Assembly (NCBI GenBank): GCA_044892525.1
Contig: CM097885.1
Location: 2,668,001 to 2,732,000, forward strand
Source: Schmidtea polychroa
Lineage: Eukaryota
Direction: 5' to 3'
Length of the DNA: 64,000 nt
Part shown: piece after piece, positions 1 to 9,559 of the stretch
Layout of the letters: every line of letters starts with the position of its first letter
How positions within the stretch are numbered: position 1 is the first letter of the stretch
Translations under genes and position numbers: made by a program
Notes under the pieces: model-generated
What the model was told of the DNA's origin: nothing
Seen by the model: only the letters and a program-made list of their open reading frames with translations
Database searches by the model: none

Positions 1-868
1 TAAATTATAACTGGATGTCCTATTTCTAGCATAACTACTAACCTCATCATATTTTAAAATAGCTAAAATGCTATATAAAAAACATGAATCATCGGTGTTT
101 TTTATATTAATTAAACAATATTTATTTTTTTTAGATAAGTAGGTAGTTCAATGAAACTCCTACCACTTAATCTACTTAGCCTACTTATCTTTGTTATGGT
201 GAAGTGAATTTCTGTTATTTTTTTTATGATCCAGCTACTTCCTAACTCTGTGATATTACTTATTTTCTCGTTTAGTTCCCTAATGCCTTCGTCAAAAAAT
301 GATGCAGTTAAAGGCTTTGCATAATTTGAGATATTATTAACCTTTATTTCCCCGTCTTTTTCAAATTCGATTGTTATTCCGAATTGAATTTTGACGGAGC
401 CTAATTCGTTAATAATATCTCGTAATTTTTTTATTAGTTGTTCAGGAAATATTATTTCTTTTATATTTAAGTCGCTTGTATTTAAGCTTAATATTTGATG
501 GGTACCTCTTAGATCTTTTTGTATTATTGGAACATTTCCACCTATTTGTATTATATTTAATCCATCCCAAGAGTCAAGGGAAATATTATCTAATCCGACC
601 TGGGATTCAACAACCAATCCATCATGGGATTCGACAACCAATCCATCATTGGATTCCACAAAAGGCAATCCGACCTGGGATTCAAAAGAAGAAGTATCTA
701 ATTTAATTTTTTAATTTTTATTATTTTTTTTTCTATAGTTGAGGGTCTTTTAAAAACACTATCTTTTTTAAAATTAAACCTATCTAAATGATTTTTATGT
801 TTATTATAAAAAACGCTATATGTTACGGGGTCACTAGTCTTACATACTGGACATATTTTAAAACACAT
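1..868 (-). CDS. Inverted second copy of the 5' part of pPolB-A, cut by the window edge
   Basis: Mirror image of 3965-4832, including the same A8 frameshift run (T8 at 125-132). Confidence 0.8.
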
Positions 869-1306
869 TTTGACGCTAAAGTTGACTTATTTAACATTTT
901 CATAATAATTTAATAAAAATAATGTGATGAACCCACAAAGTAATATCATTTTTCATCAAATTGCAAAACAGTAATAACGTTTTCATAAAATTGTAACAAA
1001 GTAATAACATATTTCAGATAAATTTTCAACAGTTGTAAAATATTTAAGCAAATTGTAACAAGATTAGAAAATATTACAACAAAGTAGTAACATATTTCAG
1101 AAAATTTCAACAAATTTGTAAAATATTTATCAAATTGTAACTAAAATAATAAAAATATTGCAACAAAGTAATAAAATAATAATGGTAATTAAGACAAATC
1201 AATACATTATTTCGAAGACGGACAACAAATTAAAAAGAATATTGTAACTAAAATAATAAAAATATTGCAACAAAGTAATAAAATAATACAACATTTTAAA
1301 CTCTAG

Positions 1307-1720
1307 ATCAATCCATTTTATAGAAAATTAAATTTTATCTATATAATATATGAATAAATATCCAAGGAAATTACGTTAACGTATAATAAATACAAATTTA
1401 TCGTAAAAACATGTGTGTATTACACACAAAACAAGATACATAATTTCTAATCAATCCATTTTATAGAAAATTAAATTTTATTTATATATTATATGAATAA
1501 AATCCTAAGAAAATTACGTTAACTGTATGAAAAATACAAATTTATCATAAAAACATGTGTGTATTACACACAACATACGAGACATAATTTTTAATCAAGC
1601 TATTTTATAGAAAATTAAATTTTATCTATATAATATATGAATAAAAATCCAAGAAAATTACGTTAACCGCGCGAAAAACTACAAATTTATTGTAAAAACA
1701 TGTGTGCATTACACACAAAG
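1307..1720. repeat. Three ~143-bp tandem units, each with a TGTGTG(T/C)A-T-TACACACA palindrome (mirror copy at ~3113-3526)
   Basis: Units start near 1307, 1450 and 1594 with atcaa..attttatagaaaattaaatttta and end in aaaacatgtgtgtattacacacaa-like sequence. Confidence 0.85.
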
Positions 1721-1902
1721 CATCAAACTGAAATTGTAATTGCGCCATGTTGTAGAGAATTAAATTCTGCCTATACATTGTTACACTTAAATCTCGATCA
1801 GACATGTGAAAAGAGACATAAAAGATAAAAAACAGTAGAGTAGTATGATGTGGGCCCGCCCGGCCAGGAGCCCGCTCGGCCACATATACCCCCTCCCCCC
1901 CG

Positions 1903-2925
1903 TTTGTAAAATAATGTTAATAATAATATTTATATATCAGTATATAGATTTTGCACTGGGCTTTAAAATAAGTGTTTGATTAATAAATTCGGATGATGGA
2001 AACATTACTTTTGGGAAGAAAAAAAGTAGGTCACCGCTGGACCAATTAATTTAAAAAAATTACGTAATAGTTCTAAAAATATTAGGCATCGTTCTAAAAA
2101 TATTAGGCATTGATTACGTAATAGTTCTAAAAATATTAGGCATCGTTCTAAAAGTATGACGTAATCTTTCTAAAAATATTAGGAATCGTTCTAAAAATAT
2201 TTGGCATCGTTCTAAAATATTAGGCATCGTTCTAAAAGTATGACGTAATCATTCTAAAAATATTAGGCATCGTTCTAAAATTATGACGTAATCATTCTAA
2301 AAATATTAGGCATCATTCTAAAAGTATGATGTAATCATTCTAAAAATAATAGACATCGTTCTAAAAATATTTGGCATCATTCTAAAATATTAGACATCAT
2401 TCTAAAAATGTGATGAGTCATTGTCTTTGTTCTAAAAATGTGATGAGTCATCGTATGATAAAAATCTATATCTCATTAGAAAGTTCTTGGACTGAGCTTT
2501 AAAATAAGCTATCGATCAATATAATATGTTGGCGGGAACAATAATTTTTGGGATGAAAAAAAGTAGGTCCCCGCTGGATCACTTAATAATATTTTGAAAA
2601 ATAATAATAATTTAACGTTGAAAAGATGGTGGTCATCAATTGTTAATAACATTAAAACTATTAAAGATATATAAGATACCTATAGCTCATTCGAAAGGCC
2701 TTGGACTGAGCTTGAAGATGAGGTATCGGTTAATAAAATTTGTTGGCGGGAACATTACTTTTGGGAAGAAAAAAAGTAGGTCCCCGCTGGATCACTTAAT
2801 TTAAAAAAAATTACGTAATAGTTCTAAAAATATTAGGCATCGTTCTAAAAATATTAGGCATTGATTACGTAATAGTTCTAAAAATATTAGGCATCGTTCT
2901 AAAAAAAAAAAATAAAATTTTTTCC
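1903..2925. repeat. Non-palindromic spacer: ~20-22 bp tandem array (ttctaaaaatattaggcatcg / ttctaaaagtatgacgtaatc) plus three copies of a ~100-bp motif
   Basis: The array spans ~2060-2450 and ~2810-2900. The motif ending ttttgggaagaaaaaaagtaggtccccgctggatcacttaat recurs at ~1955-2050, ~2472-2588 and ~2686-2800. Confidence 0.85.
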
Positions 2926-2987
2926 CGGGGGGGGGGGGAGGGGGTATATGTGATCTGGAGGGGACATGGTCTGGGGAGCTCACATCC

Positions 2988-4832
2988 TACTACTCTACTG
3001 TTTTTTATCTTTTATGTCTCTTTTCACATGTCTGATCGAGATTTAAGTGTAACAATGTATAGGCAGAATTTAATTCTCTACAACATGGCGCAATTACAAT
3101 TTCAGTTTGATGCTTTGTGTGTAATGCACACATGTTTTTACAATAAATTTGTAGTTTTTCGCGCGGTTAACGTAATTTTCTTGGATTTTTATTCATATAT
3201 TATATAGATAAAATTTAATTTTCTATAAAATAGCTTGATTAAAAATTATGTCTCGTATGTTGTGTGTAATACACACATGTTTTTATGATAAATTTGTATT
3301 TTTCATACAGTTAACGTAATTTTCTTAGGATTTTATTCATATAATATATAAATAAAATTTAATTTTCTATAAAATGGATTGATTAGAAATTATGTATCTT
3401 GTTTTGTGTGTAATACACACATGTTTTTACGATAAATTTGTATTTATTATACGTTAACGTAATTTCCTTGGATATTTATTCATATATTATATAGATAAAA
3501 TTTAATTTTCTATAAAATGGATTGATCTAGAGTTTAAAATGTTGTATTATTTTATTACTTTGTTGCAATATTTTTATTATTTTAGTTACAATATTCTTTT
3601 TAATTTGTTGTCCGTCTTCGAAATAATGTATTGATTTGTCTTAATTACCATTATTATTTTATTACTTTGTTGCAATATTTTTATTATTTTAGTTACAATT
3701 TGATAAATATTTTACAAATTTGTTGAAATTTTCTGAAATATGTTACTACTTTGTTGTAATATTTTCTAATCTTGTTACAATTTGCTTAAATATTTTACAA
3801 CTGTTGAAAATTTATCTGAAATATGTTATTACTTTGTTACAATTTTATGAAAACGTTATTACTGTTTTGCAATTTGATGAAAAATGATATTACTTTGTGG
3901 GTTCATCACATTATTTTTATTAAATTATTATGAAAATGTTAAATAAGTCAACTTTAGCGTCAAAATGTGTTTTAAAATATGTCCAGTATGTAAGACTAGT
4001 GACCCCGTAACATATAGCGTTTTTTATAATAAACATAAAAATCATTTAGATAGGTTTAATTTTAAAAAAGATAGTGTTTTTAAAAGACCCTCAACTATAG
4101 AAAAAAAAATAATAAAAATTAAAAAATTAAATTAGATACTTCTTCTTTTGAATCCCAGGTCGGATTGCCTTTTGTGGAATCCAATGATGGATTGGTTGTC
4201 GAATCCCATGATGGATTGGTTGTTGAATCCCAGGTCGGATTAGATAATATTTCCCTTGACTCTTGGGATGGATTAAATATAATACAAATAGGTGGAAATG
4301 TTCCAATAATACAAAAAGATCTAAGAGGTACCCATCAAATATTAAGCTTAAATACAAGCGACTTAAATATAAAAGAAATAATATTTCCTGAACAACTAAT
4401 AAAAAAATTACGAGATATTATTAACGAATTAGGCTCCGTCAAAATTCAATTCGGAATAACAATCGAATTTGAAAAAGACGGGGAAATAAAGGTTAATAAT
4501 ATCTCAAATTATGCAAAGCCTTTAACTGCATCATTTTTTGACGAAGGCATTAGGGAACTAAACGAGAAAATAAGTAATATCACAGAGTTAGGAAGTAGCT
4601 GGATCATAAAAAAAATAACAGAAATTCACTTCACCATAACAAAGATAAGTAGGCTAAGTAGATTAAGTGGTAGGAGTTTCATTGAACTACCTACTTATCT
4701 AAAAAAAATAAATATTGTTTAATTAATATAAAAAACACCGATGATTCATGTTTTTTATATAGCATTTTAGCTATTTTAAAATATGATGAGGTTAGTAGTT
4801 ATGCTAGAAATAGGACATCCAGTTATAATTTA
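2988..4832. repeat. Right arm of the large inverted repeat (mirror of 1-1845)
   Basis: Reverse complement of 1-1845. Imperfect similarity continues inward to about 1902/2926. Confidence 0.95.
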
Positions 4833-7748
4833 TCTGAATTAATATATAATCCATTGGACTTACCCATGAAATTAAAAGATATTAGAAAATTCGAGGCCAA
4901 AAATCCAGGCTTAATAATTAACGTTTTTTCTTATGACAATAACAAACAATTAATAGATAATTACGTATTAAAACACCCACATTTAGATATTATACATCGT
5001 TCCAAAGTTTTAAATGGAACTGTAATTAATTTACTATTATTAAATAAAGGAAACAATTTCCATTACGTTGCTATAAGTAATTTAAATAAGTTAATGAATT
5101 GTCATATCAACACTAGTTGTCCTACACGCATACGTTCATTATGGTGCCATCGGTGTTTGAATGGGTTTAATAATAAACACGCACTAGAAAAACATGAAAT
5201 ATTATGTAAACGTAATCAATTAGGAACAACTCTTTACACCTTCCCTCAAAATAAATTATTACAGTTTACTGACTGGTCGAAAACAGTAACTCCTCCTTTT
5301 GTAGTTTATGCAGATTTTGAGGCTATTTTACCTTCTGATAATGATCATTTCCAACGACACATGCCAATATCTGCTGGTCTTTTACTTGTAAATAACTTTG
5401 ACGGATCTAAATCTTATCAGCAGTTCATAGGTTTAGATTGCGTCGAGAGTTTTTTAAGTGCTATAGAGGATATAGCATTAAATAAGGTTCTTCCTTTTTA
5501 TTATAAAATGGGTAGGAAACCTATGATGAAATTAACAAAAATTGAACAACGTCAATTTGTTAGTGCATCTGTTTGTTATCTTTGTATGAAATCTATCGTC
5601 GATCCTGTTAGAGATCACGATCATTTTACGGGGAAATACTTGGGTGCAGCTTGTAGCACATGTAACGTAAATAGGAAAATAAATAAAATTTTGCCTATCG
5701 TATTTCACAACTTGAAGGGATACGATATGCACCATATACTTAAATATGGATTAAATAAATTTAAAAATTGGAATTTAGGGTGCATCCCAATAACTACGGA
5801 AAAATTTATATCTTTGATTGCTCATTTAGGTAAAATTAGCCTAAGATTCATTGATTCGTATCAATTTGTCAATGATTCTTTGGCTAAAGCAGTCAAAACT
5901 TTGAATTCTTTGCCTTTTACTAATTCTGCTTTTTCTGGCACCATAGTAAGTGAAAAAGGAATCTTCCCTTATAATTTCGCCACTTCTTTAGATATTCTCC
6001 AAACTACTTATGAATTACCACCAATCTGGGAGGGTGTCACTGAGCTTGAGTATGAAAAAGCTCAGGAGATTTGGGTAGAAACTAATTGCGTAACTTTATT
6101 AGATTATATGATGATCTACCTAAAACTTGATTGTTTTCTTTTGGCTGATTTCTTTCATCAGTTTCGGTTGAAATCCATTGCTCACAATAGATTGGAACCA
6201 TTGAATTATTTCGGAATTCCAGGCATGTCTTGGTCTTCTGCATTAATGTCTTTAAATGAACCAATTGAACTCATAACTGAAAACGAAATGTTTAGCTTTT
6301 ATGAGGGTGGAATAAGAGGCGGTCTTACTTTTGTGAATAAGCATTACGTAAAAACCGACGAGAACACTGAGTTACTATATATAGATATTAATAATCTTTA
6401 TGGCTGGGCTTTAAGTCAATCATTACCTTGTGGCGAATTTTGTTGGGTTCTTGATGGATTTGATAAAATAATGGATGAATGTAGGAATTTAAATCTTGAA
6501 TCTTTGTCTTATGGATACACACTTGAAGTTGATCTTGTAATTCCTTCTGAGCTTCATGATAAGTTGGATGATTTCCCTGTAGCTGCTGAAAAAATGAAAC
6601 CTGCTGGGTCTAAGGTTGAAAAATTATTATTAACTCATCTTCCAAAATCTAATTATGTTATTCATTGGAGATTATTAAAATTATATTTGGAACTTGGTGT
6701 TAAAGTAACACGTGTAAATAGGGGTGTAAGATTTAAGCAATCACCAATTTTTAAAAAATATATAGATACAAATACCGAATTAAGATCAAAAAGCGTAAAT
6801 AGCTTAGATAAAAATTATTATAAATTGCTAAATAATAGTTTATACGGCAAAACAGTTGAAAATTTAAAGAGAAGAATGAATCTTCGTCTTTGTACAACTG
6901 CCGGTAAATTAGTTAAATATTCGTCAAAACCGACTTTTAAAAAATCTATTAAAATAGCAGATAATTTAATTGCAGCACTATTGAATTCCGATTCTATATG
7001 TTTAGATAGACCGAGTTACATTGGTCAATCTGTACTTGATCTATCTAAACTTAGAATGTATGAATTGCAATATAAGGATCTGGAATCATTTCGCAATGAG
7101 TTTAATTGTAAAATTAATATCGTTGCAGGTGATACAGATTCTTTTTTCCTCGAAGTCATTAACTGCAAACTTGAGGTTCTTTTACCTGCAATGGTTCGAG
7201 ATAATTTATTGGATACTTCCAATTACAATAGTTGTCATTCCTTATATAGTAAGAACCTTGATTCAGTCATTGGAAAGTTCAAAGACGAGAATAAAGGTCT
7301 TAAATATAAGGAGTGGGTTTTTCTTAGACCTAAATGTTATAGCTTGTTGGGTGATGAGGAAACAAAAAAGGCTAAAGGTGTAACATTGAAAGGTGGTGAC
7401 ATAAAACATCAGTCATACCTGGATTGTTATAACACTAACCAGATTTTTTCGGTTCCTCAGACTAAAATAACAAGCAAAAATCATCAAATTTTTACAATTA
7501 AAAACACAAAAATAGCACTAACTAACAAAGATGACAAAAGGGTTTGGGTGGGGCAAAATACTAGTCTTGCATATGGGCATGTAAGATTAAGTGAATTAAA
7601 TATTGGAGAAAATGTTGGAGAAATTGTTGCAGAAAATGTTTCAGAAAATGTTGGAGAAAATGATGGAGAAGATGAGGAAGAATTAAATGAAGATTTTGGA
7701 GAAGATGACATCGATATCGATGACGTTATTTTGTCCGATGAGGACTAA
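3965..7748 (+). CDS. pPolB-A: Polinton/Maverick-type protein-primed family B DNA polymerase with N-terminal zinc finger, terminal-protein/vOTU-like region and endonuclease VII-like insertion; needs two -1 frameshifts as assembled
   Basis: Exo motifs YADFE, FHNLKGYD, YLKLDCFLLAD. Pol motifs YIDINNLYG, KLLNNSLYGK, GDTDS, KCY, KAKGV. Endo VII-like CYLC..VRDHDHFTGKYLGAACSTCN. The frame upstream of 4854 reads NKYCLINIKNTDDSCFLYSILA and joins ORF 4165-4722 (GSSW...SFIELP) across A8 at 4701-4708. ATG 3965 opens MCFKICPVCK..HKNH, joined across A6 at 4121-4126 (this join is less certain). Confidence 0.92.
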
Positions 7749-7935
7749 TTTTATTGAATAAATTTTATATCTTTACATTTGTTATTTGGTAAATTTTTAT
7801 GTTTGTTATGTGTCTAGTTCATTTTTATGTGTTTAGTTAATGTTTATATGTTTTGTTATGTGTCTAGTTATTTTTATGTGTTTAGTTAATTTTTTATGTG
7901 TTGTATAGTATTTGGTTGATATATTATTAATATTA

Positions 7936-8006
<71 letters not shown>

Positions 8007-8199
8007 TCATAAAAATTTTCATTAAAAATTATCTTAAAAATTATTCTATTAAAATTTCCATTAAAAATTACCATTGAAAATTATTCATAAAAATTTCTAT
8101 TAAAAATTACTTAAAAAATAATTCATTAAAATTTCCATTAAAAAATTTCAATTCTCAAACACCTTCTATTTTTGTTAATAAATTTAAAAATCTTACTTT

Positions 8200-8812
8200 A
8201 ATTTACTTATTACATTACTTTAATTTACTTATTTAAAAATTATTACTTTAATTTACTTATTTAACTTTAATTTAAATTTTTTTTTACCATTGATTATTTA
8301 ATTTTAAAATTTGGACCTTAATTAACTTTAATTTAATTTTTAGAACCATAATTTACTTTAATTTTAAAATTTTTGACCATTATTTACTGTAATTTAAAAT
8401 ATTTGGACCATTATTTACTTTAATTTAATTTTTTAGAACCATTATTTACTTTAATTTAAAAATTTGGATCATAATTTACTTTAATTTAAATTTTTGGACT
8501 GTAATTCAAAAATTTTGACCATAATTTACTTTAATTTAATTTTTAAGAACCATAATTTACTTTAATTTAATTTTTAAGAACCATAATTTACTTTAATTTA
8601 AAAATTTGGACCATAATTTACTGTAATTTAATTTTTTTAGAACCATTATTTACTTTAATTGAAAAATCTTAGCCCATAATTTACTTATTTAGACCATAAT
8701 TTACTTTATTTCAAAAATAAATCTGAACCTTGATTTACTTAAATTTTTAGACCCATCATTTACTTTATTTTTAAATTTTAGACCCATAATTTACTTTATT
8801 TTAAAAATTTAC
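8200..8812. repeat. Degenerate ~29-30 bp tandem array (gaccataatttactttaatttaaaaattt) downstream of pPolB-A
   Basis: Many recurring accataatttacttta units are directly visible. Confidence 0.85.
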
Positions 8813-8986
8813 TATGCGTTTTATAATGTAAACCACCTTTTCTATTGAAATTCTCATGACCAAGAAGATCCCCTCACTATAGTGTGAAAAATCCATGCTT
8901 TTTTATTGAAGACTACCTTTTTCTATTGAAATTCTCAGGACCAAGGAGACCCACCCAAATAATATTTATCCTTGGCTTGTTTATTG

Positions 8987-9017
<31 letters not shown>

Positions 9018-9135
9018 TATTTAAAATCCCAGAAAACATTGGGCATTACGGCAACAATTATGTAATCAAAAAATGTCTACGGAAAAAGTTATGCAATCAA
9101 AAGTTTGCAACATTTTTTACCCCCCCCCCCCCCCC

Positions 9136-9465
9136 TATTGCTGCCGCGGGCCACTAACTACCTACTTTTCTGTGGCTGATGGTTTCTTAACTGAAATAGT
9201 TTCATTATCTTATACTTCTAAAAAGAAAAGTTTATATAGAGAAGTTTGTTTATCAATAGAATTAGGAATCTCTAAATTATTTTTATTTCAATTAAAAGCT
9301 TTGGAAGATGGAATCCTGACAGACGAAGAAATAATGAAATCAAATCAAATAATACAAGATATAAAGAATGAGGTTATAAGATTAAAAAGGGAGGGCATGG
9401 TGGCTAATGTTATAAGTAATAAAAAAACATCTCGAGAAAAATGGTTAAAGAATTCTTACTTATAA
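9136..9465 (+). pseudogene. Probable 5'-truncated small accessory protein converging on pPolB-B
   Basis: A hydrophobic stretch is followed by SKL...KALEDGILTDEEI, resembling from memory a helical ORF often seen in animal Polintons (unverified). The coding-like sequence starts abruptly after the poly-C tract at 9120-9135. Confidence 0.4.
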
Positions 9466-9559
9466 AATGGGTGTATTTTTAAAAAAGTAGATCAGGTTGC
9501 TATAGTTGCTTAAATTAATTGTCGACATTTTATTATTAAAAAATTAAATATCGTTGGTT

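Larger units (their letters stand above)
1..1845. repeat. Left arm of a large inverted repeat (mirror of 2988-4832); runs off the window edge
   Basis: ORFs 111..668(-) and 4165..4722(+) translate identically, as do 476..706(+) and 4127..4357(-). Coordinates sum to 4833. Spot checks at 1-30 and 1801-1845 match the reverse complement of the right arm. Confidence 0.95.

Noticed and set aside
2060..2450. Short repeats with variable interspersed bases resembling a CRISPR array
   Set aside because: Units are contiguous variants of each other with no unique spacers; eukaryotic context and no cas genes.
1834..2999. Central segment read as a mini-Polinton with AGTAG…CTACT termini
   Set aside because: The flanks are inverted rather than a direct 6-bp TSD, so the termini cannot be separated from the larger inverted repeat.
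1626..3207. Mirror 85-aa ORFs 1626..1883(-) and 2950..3207(+)
   Set aside because: Non-ATG starts, they run through non-coding repeats, and no recognisable motif. Their similarity simply reflects the inverted repeat.
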